From Aureliella sp. (lineage in GTDB: Bacteria > Planctomycetota > Planctomycetia > Pirellulales > Pirellulaceae), in NCBI GenBank assembly GCA_963691875.1, contig OY829846.1, positions 3,104,001-3,168,000 of the forward strand: a stretch of DNA of 64,000 nt, written 5' to 3'. Position numbers and translations under genes: made by a program. A model generated the notes under the pieces. That model made no database searches. It was given only the letters and a program-made list of their open reading frames with translations, and was not told where the DNA came from. Below, one piece after another: positions 10,668 through 22,807 of this stretch (position 1 is its first letter; each line of letters starts with the position of its first letter).

Positions 10668-11009
10668 GCCAGCTACTCTGGCATGCCTCTGCATAGTAAA
10701 TTGGGCCTCAAGCCTGGCTTGACCTGTCTGTTTATCAAAGTGCCAGATCACCATATGTAGCTAGTGGAAGGCGCAGAAGTACCGACTTTTGTGCGTGTTG
10801 TCATCGACTTGGTTTTCCAGGCGCAGCAGAGCTTGGTCTCAGTTGACTACAAGACAGATCACATCGGAGTGTCTCAGCCTCTCGCTGCAAGAGCATACTA
10901 TCGTGGGCAACTGGACGCTTACGCGAAGTATTGGAAACAAGTGCCCGGTGAGAAGATTGCTGAGAAAGGCCTCTACTTCACACGAATCCAGAACTACCAA
11001 GTGTTGTAG
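10668..11009 (+). pseudogene. Chimeric remnant: DUF3052-like N-terminus, in-frame TAG, then PD-(D/E)XK nuclease tail of AddA/RecB type
   Basis: ASYSGMPLHSKLGLKPGLTCLFIKVPDHHM* (TAG 10758-10760), then in the same frame VIDLVF...VDYKTD...YRGQLDAYA...GLYF. Confidence 0.55.
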
Positions 11010-11036
11010 ATGATCGGCCAGTCCAGGTCTTGTCAA

Positions 11037-11987
11037 TTAGCGTTCTGTCAACGCCTGAGCCTGGGCGACGCTATCTGGATCAAAGAGTTCGTCAAGTTGT
11101 GTCTCGACGACTCGGAGTAGCAGGATCGTGTATTCCTCCGACTGATCAGCGGTCTTTGTTGTGAAGAACGCTTTTCCCAACGCCTTGGTCGGTTGCGAGG
11201 CGGTCACGACTAGTACCTGCCCAAGATTTAACCTCGTGACGATCTTGAGCTCTTGCCAGTTCTCAGAAGCACGCCGGAGCTCGGGACGCATGCCAATCTC
11301 CGAGGTGACGTAGGAGTGCTTGAGTTCGCCATGCTGCACTTCGGGAGTCAGTTCAATGGTAGTTTGCCTGTCGCCATGCGGAATGGCACGTAGGTCAAAC
11401 AAGGCGTTGGCTTTTTCAAAGGTTTGTCCCTGAGTTGCCGAATCAAGCACGGTCAGGACCGTCAACGGCTCCGACAGGTCATTTCGCACGAACAATTCTT
11501 TGCGTCGCCCGGCTCTACACTGAAGCCGACGAGCCATGTTGTCCGAGTCAGCGGCTAGCCCGGCATGTTCAAGTGCATCGGTACTCTGATAATGTGAGGT
11601 TTCTGCGATTTGATCTCGGATGGCTTTCGGAAGCTCAGAAATCACCAAGCCGACACGCAAGCCATTTAGATCCAGTCTTTCGCGTTTCTCCATTGGCAAG
11701 AACGTTTCATCAATCTCACCCCATATCTGCTGAAACTCTGGCAACTTTGCTTTGGGAAAGCGAACCAAAACGGTTTCTACGAGAACGCTGTCAGGCCCCG
11801 CCTTGGGCTTTGCGAGCAGTGGACTCGGTTCCGAAACAGCTTGATCCTTCGACCACTGCGCACAACCCGAAAACAGAAACAGGCAGAGGAACTGAACAAA
11901 TAGCACCCTGCCCACGGCCGCTCTGGAATGTGGAGGGAAGGGGAGTCCGAATTTCGGATTCTTTGCTGGCTCCGCAGTGCGGCTCAT
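11037..11987 (-). CDS. Hypothetical lipoprotein
   Basis: Long ORF with a hydrophobic stretch ending in lipobox-like FSGC; no recognisable catalytic motif. Start uncertain (ORF open to 12098). Confidence 0.7.
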   Translation of the reverse strand: MSRTAEPAKNPKFGLPFPPHSRAAVGRVLFVQFLCLFLFSGCAQWSKDQAVSEPSPLLAKPKAGPDSVLVETVLVRFPKAKLPEFQQIWGEIDETFLPMEKRERLDLNGLRVGLVISELPKAIRDQIAETSHYQSTDALEHAGLAADSDNMARRLQCRAGRRKELFVRNDLSEPLTVLTVLDSATQGQTFEKANALFDLRAIPHGDRQTTIELTPEVQHGELKHSYVTSEIGMRPELRRASENWQELKIVTRLNLGQVLVVTASQPTKALGKAFFTTKTADQSEEYTILLLRVVETQLDELFDPDSVAQAQALTER

Positions 11988-12332
11988 GGCGTTTGGGCAA
12001 AAAGTAGATCGAGAATTGCCGCAGAGTAGGGAAGATCGCATTGTCGTGTCAATGGATGCCCGACACCGCCGAACGCCAACCTGCACAGGGTGAAACAAAG
12101 TCTGATTCTAGGTACTTCGTTGACAACACAATTTACTCTCCCTTTCCAAGCGGGAAGTCGAGGAATTCAGGGAGTTTCAGAACCCAAGCGACGGGGAGGG
12201 ATTCTCTCCAGTTTGAAACTTTGATCGGTCCCAAATGCTGGCAAAGAACGATTCAGTGAAGAACTCCAAAACTGCTATACTGACGGATTGGCCTCGACTG
12301 TGGAGGGCCTTCGCGGCATACAGGATTCGAAA

Positions 12333-12844
12333 ATGGAAAGCAGTAAAGCAGAGCATATCGAAGAAGACGCTGTTGAGCTACCCGATTCGAACCTCGATTC
12401 TGTGCCCGATCATGTAGCGAGTTTGGAGAACGGTTGGCTCATAGCAGGAACTCTGCTCTTCGCATTTGCACTGGTGGCGGGGGCGTTCTCTTGGTGGCAA
12501 TCCGCGCCGACAACCAACACACCACTGGTAGAGTTCGAACTAACCTTAGATTTGAACCAAGCAACCGCTGCACAGCTCCAAGCCTTGCCAGATGTCGGTC
12601 CGCAACTGGCGGGCCGTATCGTGAGTTTTCGCGAGGAGCACGGCCCCTTCAGACAAGCGGAGGAACTACGGCAGGTGCGCGGTGTGGGGCCTATCACCCT
12701 CGCTGAGCTACGAGCTTTCCTTGTCGTCAATGAACAAGACGCGGTCACGCCAAACCAATCGGACCACAGCAGATCAGCTCCCCGTCTGTCAGGCAGCACG
12801 CCACACTTTCCGACCTCGACTCCGCCTGGAGAAAATACTTCTCA

Positions 12845-12848
<4 letters not shown>
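12333..12848 (+). CDS. comEA: ComEA-family helix-hairpin-helix DNA-binding membrane protein
   Basis: Single TM helix, then LDLNQATAAQLQALPDVGPQLAGRIV...GPF...LRQVRGVGP; stop overlaps the uvrB start (ATGA). Confidence 0.85.
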
Positions 12849-14938
<2,090 letters not shown>

Positions 14939-15120
14939 TTTGCAAGGGCTGCAAATAAACCAACGGGCGAAACAACCTTATCTCAAAACTTTTTTAGCTT
15001 TGTAGACAAACTCCGGAAGTTTGTGCTTCTAGAGGATACTTCCGTTCACTCGCGAAAAGTGAATATTACTGACCGCCTCTCCGTTCATCAAACCTGTCGC
15101 CACTTGGCCGATTCTTCACG

Positions 15121-16041
15121 ATGCTCGAACTCAATCTGACCACGATACACCGCTTTCATACCATGGTACGGCAGATCAGCGAGGCTGGCATTGAGCTTGA
15201 TTTGTTCGGTTCCAAGAATCTGCATGGCGGCGAGCTGGAAAGCCGGCTGATGAACCTGGAGATGCGTTGCGGTTCTGCAGAAGGCTCTGGGGACCTAGAG
15301 GGGGAGAAATTGTTGCAGGTCCTGCGGCAAGAATCTGAAGTTGCGGATAAGTATATTCCGGGGCTACTTAGCTGGCTGAGCCAGGACGGTGCTGCGGAGG
15401 CTCTGTATCCGCTTGCGAAAGAGACAATTGAGAGGAAGCGTTACGAAGGGCACGAGCTCGTTCTGTTCTTCTATCCACTGCTGTGGGGAATCAGTGCTGG
15501 TTTCGTGCTTCTATTCGTTTGCTTTATACTGGCTCCGAATTTCATCGCGTTAGCAGAGCAGTTACGACATCAGAGCATCCTATTTAATGCGATGTATTGG
15601 GTTCGAGATAGCGCAGCTTGGCTTCTACCCATATATGTATTGCTCTTTACCTTCTGTGTTTGGTGCTATTTGCGTTCGAGTTTTCGGCGGGTTGGAATTC
15701 GGGGCAAACAGCGTTTTTTGCGTCGAGCCACACAGGCCGAGCAGTACGCTGTACTTGCTAGCGACGAGCTGCCCTTGCTCGAGCTAAGCGATTCTTCAGG
15801 CCTGCTTGGCTGGGCAGCGTCAGCCGACGATGGGGAGCAGAGGAAAGCTAAGCTGGAGTTTGCTTCACAAGTTTACGTGAGTGTGCACGATTTGGAGAAC
15901 CGCAAACGCGGTAGCCTGGCCCCGACTAAGCTTGCCGTCGTTGCAGGCGGATTTCTGGTTGCATTAGTTGGAGCTTTTGTCTTCGGGCCAATTGTCGAAC
16001 TGATGTTCCTGGTCATTCAGAGTGCAGGAGGCAACGGATGA
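15121..16041 (+). CDS. Divergent type II secretion F / PilC-like membrane protein
   Basis: Three TM pattern (FYPLLW...LAPNF; C-terminal VFGPIVELM) like GspF/PilC; first of three tandem paralogues. Confidence 0.6.
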   Translation: MLELNLTTIHRFHTMVRQISEAGIELDLFGSKNLHGGELESRLMNLEMRCGSAEGSGDLEGEKLLQVLRQESEVADKYIPGLLSWLSQDGAAEALYPLAKETIERKRYEGHELVLFFYPLLWGISAGFVLLFVCFILAPNFIALAEQLRHQSILFNAMYWVRDSAAWLLPIYVLLFTFCVWCYLRSSFRRVGIRGKQRFLRRATQAEQYAVLASDELPLLELSDSSGLLGWAASADDGEQRKAKLEFASQVYVSVHDLENRKRGSLAPTKLAVVAGGFLVALVGAFVFGPIVELMFLVIQSAGGNG

Positions 16042-17258
16042 AATATTATGCCTTCGATGCGACTCGGCCTGACGGAACGATTGTGACAGGCGAGCTTGCC
16101 GCCAATTCACATGGCGAAGCAATCAGTGCCTTGGAAAGCCAGGGATTGGTAGTCATATCGGTACGACAGAACTTGGATGGCCCCACTCAGCTGTCACACC
16201 CGAATGAGGATTCAGTAATCGTAGCCGAGCCGGTGGTGCTAAATCCGGAGGCCTGGAAGGATCGCTTGGATCAAGCAATTGCCGCGCGACAAGATTGGAT
16301 CCCCGCCTTGGAGGCATTGACGACAGAGTTGCCAAGTGGTCACACAAAACTGACAACGGGCCGGATACTGTCGCAGCTGAAGTCAGATTTCTCCGCGGAA
16401 CAGTTCCTGCAAACACCCAAACTCGCACAGATGCTACCACTGCTAGTTCAGGAAATGGACAGTCGGTCTTCTCGTGAGCGTCTTCAGAATTGGTTTCAAG
16501 CCTTGGTCCGTCAACAGACTGTACGATCGGAGCAGCTGAAATCCTTAGTCTATCCTGTGGGACTCGTTCTGCTCGCGCTGACAATCACAGCCCTACTTAG
16601 CATCTTAATCGTCCCCATATTCAAAGAAATGTTTGAGGAATTTGGCCTATCCCTTCCGGCGGCTACTGTCCTTCTAGTTCGCATTTCAGATGCATTCGTT
16701 TACGAATTGCCATGGACAGTCGCTGGTATTTTGGGCTTCGTTGGTTTGTTTTTGCTAGGGATCCTACTCTGGAAAAAGTATTCGCTTAGCAATTATGTGT
16801 TAGGCTTTCTATCCAACGGATCCAGTTCCAATCTTAGGGCGATGTCGATTCTATCTGGAAATTTAGCGGAACTTTTGCAACTGGGCGTGCCGCTGGCTTT
16901 GGCGGTTGAGCTAGCCGGTCGGCATAGCGGAAACAGATACTACGCATCAGTGGCTCGGGGGCTTGCTTCAGTGATGCGAAGCGGGCGGTCAATACGTTCT
17001 GGTGGGCACTTACATCAATTGCCGAGCACTGTTGTGCTAGCCCTGCAGGAGCTCGAAAACCCTCTTGAAAAGGCGAATCGCTCGATCGCAGTTCTGCGAG
17101 AAATGTCTCAGGTTTACGCCGAGCGCTCGCTTCGTGTGTCGGGCTGGATGCAAGTTGTTTTCCCATCCTTGGCAATGGTGGTAGTGGCCCAGATCATCGG
17201 TTTTGTTGTGGTAGCTTTGTTCATGCCACTTGTCACTATTATCCGCGCGTTAGCTTAG
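16038..17258 (+). CDS. Type II secretion system F / PilC family protein
   Basis: N-terminal YAFDA..DGTIVTGELAA; YP..LL...IVPIFKEMFEEFGLSLPAAT; ALFMPL. Confidence 0.88.
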   Translation: MKYYAFDATRPDGTIVTGELAANSHGEAISALESQGLVVISVRQNLDGPTQLSHPNEDSVIVAEPVVLNPEAWKDRLDQAIAARQDWIPALEALTTELPSGHTKLTTGRILSQLKSDFSAEQFLQTPKLAQMLPLLVQEMDSRSSRERLQNWFQALVRQQTVRSEQLKSLVYPVGLVLLALTITALLSILIVPIFKEMFEEFGLSLPAATVLLVRISDAFVYELPWTVAGILGFVGLFLLGILLWKKYSLSNYVLGFLSNGSSSNLRAMSILSGNLAELLQLGVPLALAVELAGRHSGNRYYASVARGLASVMRSGRSIRSGGHLHQLPSTVVLALQELENPLEKANRSIAVLREMSQVYAERSLRVSGWMQVVFPSLAMVVVAQIIGFVVVALFMPLVTIIRALA

Positions 17259-17262
17259 GTGT

Positions 17263-18363
17263 TTGATGGCAGAGGTATTGAAAAGCACCGAAAGGCACTC
17301 ACCGCCGCCGCTGAGCAACTGGCAATTGTCCGCATGGTGGCGGCTCGAAAGCCGACGTGACGTAGCGAAAAGCGTGCTGCGGATCTTGCACTTGGCAGAA
17401 CGTGAATCGCTGCCGGTAATCCCGTTGTTGCGCAGCCTTGCGATGGAACATCGCTATATCTCTGCAAGCCGAATCTCTCGATTGGCAGTTCGCTTAGAGC
17501 AGGGCGAAAAGGTCGATAAGGCCCTGGCAACCGTGCCCAACCTGCTGAGTGATGAGCAGACGCTTAAGTTGCGAGTAGCGGCCGAGTCAGGTGGATTATT
17601 CCAAGTCTACGAAGAGCTCGCGCAGACCTCGGAGGATAAGCTTTGGGAGCCACAGCGACTCGTGCTGCAATCGTTATTTTATGCCGTAGTTGTTGGCATT
17701 ACGTGCCTGGGGATTCTGGGTCTGATCATGACTCTTATTGCCCCGACATTCAAGGAAATGTTCGAAGAATTCGGTCTATATTTGCCTGCTGCGTTTATCT
17801 CGGTGATCCATTTCAGCGATTTATTTTTGCCAAACCTTCCTTTACTTGTACTTGGTCTGGTGGCGCTGGCTGTTGTGGCCTGGGTGTTGAAGCCGACTCG
17901 AGTTTTGAACCGTGTTGTACTTTCGAGGCTGTCCTCGAATATCCGCCGCATTCGCATCGCCAACATTCAGAACATTCTGGCTGACTCACTGCGGGAGGGC
18001 AGGCCAATTGCAGGTACTGTCTCGACCTTGGCGCGCTATCACTATGATTCATTCATGCGTTCTAAGTTACTCTTTGTGCGCAATGAATTGGGACAAAATG
18101 TAAGTCCTTGGTCGGCTTTGGCCAGCGTGGGTTTTTTGGCAACTCAGGAGGTCTCGGCCCTTGCGAAGGCAGATCAGAGTGATGTGCAATCCCTGATCTT
18201 GCGCTGCATAGCTCAGCGGAATGAATCCCGGGCTCAGAAGAAGCTTTCCTTCATGTCTATGTTTATTCACCCATTGTTGATACTCTGCCTAGCGGTTGTC
18301 ATCGGATGGGTTTGCATCGGATTCTTTTCAGTCCTCGTAGTTATGATTTCTTCTCTTACCTAG
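17263..18363 (+). CDS. Type II secretion system F / PilC family protein
   Basis: AAESGGL, IAPTFKEMFEEFGLYLP, FIHPLLI; GspF topology. Confidence 0.85.
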   Translation: MMAEVLKSTERHSPPPLSNWQLSAWWRLESRRDVAKSVLRILHLAERESLPVIPLLRSLAMEHRYISASRISRLAVRLEQGEKVDKALATVPNLLSDEQTLKLRVAAESGGLFQVYEELAQTSEDKLWEPQRLVLQSLFYAVVVGITCLGILGLIMTLIAPTFKEMFEEFGLYLPAAFISVIHFSDLFLPNLPLLVLGLVALAVVAWVLKPTRVLNRVVLSRLSSNIRRIRIANIQNILADSLREGRPIAGTVSTLARYHYDSFMRSKLLFVRNELGQNVSPWSALASVGFLATQEVSALAKADQSDVQSLILRCIAQRNESRAQKKLSFMSMFIHPLLILCLAVVIGWVCIGFFSVLVVMISSLT

Positions 18364-18367
18364 TCCC

Positions 18368-18796
18368 ATGTCCAAACGAGTACGACAAGCTATTTTTTCC
18401 TCCAGGCGACGCAACACTCGGCGGGCGGCAAGCGTTGCAGAGCTAGTTGTCGCAAGTGTGTTGTTCATTGCTACGACCAGCTTCGTGATAACAGGAGCCG
18501 TGAGCTTGCAGCGAGTCTGGCGTGATGGAAATCACTATCGCTTGGCCATCGACACACTGAACAACAAGCTTGAGAAGCTGACTTTGCTAGACGGCGACGA
18601 GCTCGCAGCAGCGAGCAAAAAAATCGAGTCCTCGCCAGAGCTCAAGCAGCAACTATCGAATGTCGAGATTCAGTGTGAGCTGCAGGAGTTGGAGCACGGT
18701 ACTCGAATCGCTTTGAGCCTGAATTGGGACCGGCAAGGTGACTTGAAGCCGATCGAACTGGTGGGGTGGTCTACCGCTTCGAGGGAGGCCCCATAG
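18368..18796 (+). CDS. Minor pseudopilin-like protein
   Basis: Basic leader then ASVAELVVASVLF (class III signal-like, Glu at +5). Confidence 0.65.
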   Translation: MSKRVRQAIFSSRRRNTRRAASVAELVVASVLFIATTSFVITGAVSLQRVWRDGNHYRLAIDTLNNKLEKLTLLDGDELAAASKKIESSPELKQQLSNVEIQCELQELEHGTRIALSLNWDRQGDLKPIELVGWSTASREAP

Positions 18797-19378
18797 ATGA
18801 TCAATACCACAACTCAGTCGCGTGACGCGTTCACTCTGATTGAAACCGTGATGTCGCTGACGATCGGGAGTCTAATCGTTCTTCTTGCCGTCGGCTTGAT
18901 CCACAAATCGTTTCACTTATCGAAGGCCGCAAAGTCGCGAAGCGAGCTGTCTGTTGGCTTCGATCGGATGGCGGATACCTTGCGGACAGATTTGTATTCC
19001 GCAGACAGCTATCAAGTCGCCGAAGATGGAAGCGGCATCGAGGTCAGTATAGGAATGAGCCGATGGGCCTATCAGAGTCGGGACGGGTATCTACAGCGAG
19101 CCGAGCGGAAAGGCGATGGGTTCAGAACTCTAGATCGCGTGCGATTGAACGGTCCTGCGATCGATACGCGTGAGCGGGAGCTGCAGTTTTCCGTGCAAGA
19201 GGAGCTCGTGTCACTCAAGCTGTACGCCCTGAACCAAGGCAGCAAAATCCTGGAACGCGAAGTGCTAATTCGACCAACGCGTTGGCTAGTCGCGCCTCAG
19301 CAAACCGACGGATCAACGCAGCCGCCAACAGAGGTGGATGCCAAGTCATCTGAGTCATCCGAGGAGGCTGGGGCATGA
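18797..19378 (+). CDS. Prepilin-type N-terminal cleavage/methylation protein (PulJ/GspJ-like)
   Basis: RDA|FTLIETVMSLTIGSLIVLL. Confidence 0.8.
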   Translation: MINTTTQSRDAFTLIETVMSLTIGSLIVLLAVGLIHKSFHLSKAAKSRSELSVGFDRMADTLRTDLYSADSYQVAEDGSGIEVSIGMSRWAYQSRDGYLQRAERKGDGFRTLDRVRLNGPAIDTRERELQFSVQEELVSLKLYALNQGSKILEREVLIRPTRWLVAPQQTDGSTQPPTEVDAKSSESSEEAGA

Positions 19379-19815
19379 GCCGAAGCCTGAAGACCGCCCG
19401 CCGCAAGGGGGTTGTGCTTATTTGTGTGCTTGCCTGCATCGTAGTGGTCACTTCCCTCGTTGCGACATCGTTGATGGCAGCCTCACGAGCTCGCAGAGAA
19501 GCGCGCAGTTACCAACGAATGAGCCAAGTGAAGTGGATGTTGGATTTAGGCATTCGTCGAGCAAAACAGACATTACTCAGCGAGGAGTCTTATGCAGGGG
19601 AGAAAATCCTCTGGGAAGATCCTGCGTGGCCCGAACACGAGCTGCGTATCGAAATCAAGCTAGCGGAACGAACAGATGTAGAATCCGAAGAGATTGTTCA
19701 AGTACAAGCTTCGATGGCGCGCATCCTATCTACGGACGACAGCGAGCCCGACGGTCTGAACGAAGAAATACGTCGCAGTCATGCGTTCCGCCTTCCCCAA
19801 AATGCATCAGACTAG
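19375..19815 (+). CDS. PilX/GspK-like pseudopilin
   Basis: RRKG|VVLICVLACIVVV lacking Glu5, typical of PilX/GspK; ATGA overlap with the previous gene. Confidence 0.65.
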   Translation: MSRSLKTARRKGVVLICVLACIVVVTSLVATSLMAASRARREARSYQRMSQVKWMLDLGIRRAKQTLLSEESYAGEKILWEDPAWPEHELRIEIKLAERTDVESEEIVQVQASMARILSTDDSEPDGLNEEIRRSHAFRLPQNASD

Positions 19816-19922
19816 GCTATCTTGCACGATGAGAAAAACGAACGAGCGACGAAGTCGCTAGACTCCGATTCGTCTCAACCGACTCAGACCAGACAAACAA
19901 TCAAAGAATTTGAAACCAAACG

Positions 19923-20873
19923 ATGGCAAAACACCTGGAGAGCATCGATATGAGTGCGAGAAAGAAGAATCCCATGCATGCCAAAATATCAGCCCAATCC
20001 ATAGAAGCGGGAGTGAGGACGGCCAGAACTGGCGGTTTCACCTTGGTCGAGCTGCTTGTTGTGATCGCAATTATTGGCATCCTGGTTGGCTTGCTACTGC
20101 CGGCTGTACAGGCTGCCCGCGAAGCCGCCCGCCGTTCCCAGTGTTCTAACAATCTGATGCAGATCGGACTTGGGCTTCATCACTTCGAGTTTGGTCACGA
20201 GCACTTTCCGGCAGGAGTACTCAATGATGGCGGGCCGATTCGTAGCGAAGAGAAAGGCCAGCATGTCAGCTGGATGGTGCAAGTTCTACCGTTTTTAGAT
20301 GAAGGAATTGCCTACAACAACTTCGATCAAGCCGTCGGCGCTTACGACAAAGCAAATGAGCCAGTTCGCAATCACGTGATCAGTATCTTTCTCTGCCCAT
20401 CTGACCCGGGCGCATATGGTTCGCCTTATGCTACAAACGGTGCAGAATTCGCGCTGACTTCGTACGCCGGTTGTCACAACGGCGACGAAGCACCTATTGA
20501 CGCAGAGAACAACGGAATGCTGTACCTGAATTCTTCAACCAAGTTTCGGGATGTAAAAGATGGTTCCTCCTACACGATTCTGGCTGGCGAATCAGCTGTT
20601 AGTATGGGCCACCTCGGCTGGGTCTCCGGAACGCGATCAACATTGCGGAACACCAGCAGCCTCACTTCCATTCGGCGGGATCCTCAGCCGGCCGCCAGCG
20701 TTTCGACACCTGACGCACTAGAAGTGGGTGGATTTGGCAGTCACCATACCGGCGGCGCCCAGTTTGTGTTTGTCGATGGCTCGATGCACTTCCTAAGCCA
20801 AAACATCGATGTCGACGTATTCAAAGCACTTGGGAATCGGAACGACGGGATGTTGATCGATCAGAATTTCTAG
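19923..20873 (+). CDS. DUF1559 prepilin-like protein with H-X9-DG C-terminal motif
   Basis: [59 protein letters not shown]. Confidence 0.95.
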   Translation: MAKHLESIDMSARKKNPMHAKISAQSIEAGVRTARTGGFTLVELLVVIAIIGILVGLLLPAVQAAREAARRSQCSNNLMQIGLGLHHFEFGHEHFPAGVLNDGGPIRSEEKGQHVSWMVQVLPFLDEGIAYNNFDQAVGAYDKANEPVRNHVISIFLCPSDPGAYGSPYATNGAEFALTSYAGCHNGDEAPIDAENNGMLYLNSSTKFRDVKDGSSYTILAGESAVSMGHLGWVSGTRSTLRNTSSLTSIRRDPQPAASVSTPDALEVGGFGSHHTGGAQFVFVDGSMHFLSQNIDVDVFKALGNRNDGMLIDQNF

Positions 20874-20992
20874 GGTAGACAACGCAATACGCTACTCGCA
20901 AAATCCGGCGGCAAGACGCCACCGCAAGTAACAAAAGCATGGATGGATGCTTCGACTGCGTTAGCCATGATGGCTAATTAGGGATTTGCCCC

Positions 20993-21196
20993 TTAGGACG
21001 ACTTACGTAGCGTCTTCTGAAGGCTGCGCTGGGTGACGTGGTCCGCGAAATCGGATTCGAGCAGCTTGAGTTCTGCTTCGAGCCAAGCCGGAAAGTCGAC
21101 TTGCTGATTGTCGAGCGGCTTCGTACGGACACTCGGACGGGATTTCCGATGGCTCCCAGACTCGCTTTTGCAATTTGGTAAATCTGGCTTTCCCAT
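20993..21196 (-). CDS. Small hypothetical protein (67 aa)
   Basis: ATG preceded by a GAGGA-type RBS (GAGGAAGAGAAG-ATG); amphipathic helix FPAWLEAELKLLESDFADH; fills the intergenic gap. Confidence 0.5.
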   Translation of the reverse strand: MGKPDLPNCKSESGSHRKSRPSVRTKPLDNQQVDFPAWLEAELKLLESDFADHVTQRSLQKTLRKSS

Positions 21197-21581
21197 CTTC
21201 TCTTCCTCGCAGCAAGGAATGCCGCTCAGGGGGTCTTATCGTCCTTTATTCTCTACTTAAAGGACGTAATCTGAAAATTAAAGTTCATCTTTTGGCGGCA
21301 TTTTGGCGGAAATCGCACCTCCGCCACCACAACGACCGGACTTTGCGTCACTTTTTATCCATGTAGAAAAGCCAGCCGAACCACCTAAAGTAGTGGTAGT
21401 AAGTCGTCCATCGCAATGCCAGACGTCTGCCAATGGGAGCTGACTAGGAAAAGCAAAGATTTTTTTTCCAAACGGCAAAGAAGCGGCTTTGGGCCACGAA
21501 GAACCGTTTGTAAAGCAGTCGAGAAGCTGCCGCGAATCAGAACTCGACTCAGTTAACGAACGGTTTTTCAGGGAAAAGACG

Positions 21582-22409
21582 ATGTGCAAGAAATTCATTG
21601 TTTTGGGTGTTTTGGGTGCTGTTGCTGCAGTTGGTCTGCTCAGCACAGGAGCCATGAGCTATGTGAGGACAGGTTACAACACGGCTTCTGCAGCTGTGAA
21701 GGAGTCGGTACCCATTGACTGGGAAATCAAACGAGCTCGCGACATGATTAAGAGTTTGAAGCCAGAGATAGACAAGAGTCGGGCCTTGGTGGCTCGCGAA
21801 GAAGTGAAAGTGGCTCGCCTCGCGAAAGAAGTTCAAGCCAAAGAAGAGATGCTGGTCCAGAGCCAGAAAGACATCCTTCGCTTAAAGGGTGACTTGGAAG
21901 GCACGACCTCTACACGGTTTGTTTACGCTGGCCGCACCTACACCGCGCAGCAAGTACGGGATGACCTCGAAAGCCGTTTCGACCAATTCAAAGTGGCTGA
22001 AGAAACCACACACAAGTTGTCTCGGGTACTGTTGGCTCGGGAAAAGAATCTAGACGCTGCTCGCCGCAAGCTGGATGGAATGCAGTCCGCCAAGCGTCAG
22101 CTAGAAGTTGAAATCGAAAACCTTCAAGCTCGCCTGACCATGGTCGAAGTTGCTCAGACAAACAACCCTGTCGACCTCGACGACTCGCACTTGAGTCAAA
22201 CACGGGACTTGCTGGACCAGCTTGCTATCCGCATCGAAATGCAAGAAACAATGCACAGCACTGAAGGCGGTTTGGTTGGCAACATCCAGTTGGATGATCC
22301 AAAGTCGCCAGAACTGTTGAACGAAATCGCAAACTACTTCGATGGAACTTCTTCGAAGTCTGAAATCGAAGGCAACTCAGAAGTCTTGCTGAGCAGCAGT
22401 AACGACTAG
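21582..22409 (+). CDS. Signal/TM-anchored long coiled-coil protein, PspA/IM30-like architecture
   Basis: N-terminal hydrophobic segment, then about 200 aa of heptad-rich helix (EIKRARDMI...LEVEIENLQARL). The PspA relation is inferred from architecture only. Confidence 0.7.
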   Translation: MCKKFIVLGVLGAVAAVGLLSTGAMSYVRTGYNTASAAVKESVPIDWEIKRARDMIKSLKPEIDKSRALVAREEVKVARLAKEVQAKEEMLVQSQKDILRLKGDLEGTTSTRFVYAGRTYTAQQVRDDLESRFDQFKVAEETTHKLSRVLLAREKNLDAARRKLDGMQSAKRQLEVEIENLQARLTMVEVAQTNNPVDLDDSHLSQTRDLLDQLAIRIEMQETMHSTEGGLVGNIQLDDPKSPELLNEIANYFDGTSSKSEIEGNSEVLLSSSND

Positions 22410-22807
22410 CCGGCTAGCGGGAGGTGCTCCAAGGGGACTTGGGGCGTCGCCGAAGTAGTCACTTGCCTAATCAGTAGATTGGCTAATTCGAAATCACATC
22501 GACTTGTTCCTGATTCGCGAAGGGCATTGGTACTAGGAGTTTTCTGGTGCCAGTGCCTTTTTTATTCCTCTTCTTCGCGAAGTATTGCCTGCATCGGCGG
22601 CAAACATGCAGCCAGCTGCGACAGTAAAGCACGCACCTGGCTCTGTGTTTGCGGTAAAGACACCGCAGCGGCTCAGTTACAATGGACGGCGTAGAATTGA
22701 AGTTTTGCCGAGTTTCAAAACTCACGTTGATCCTGAAGTGAAAATGGTTAACCCAGTTACGGCAAAATTGGGAGCTGCGAGGGATGATTCGAGCCAGGAG
22801 AGCGATC

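Noticed and set aside
12380..12400. GATTCGAACCT resembling a reverse tRNA T-loop
   Set aside because: No cloverleaf or acceptor stem around it; it lies within the comEA reading frame.
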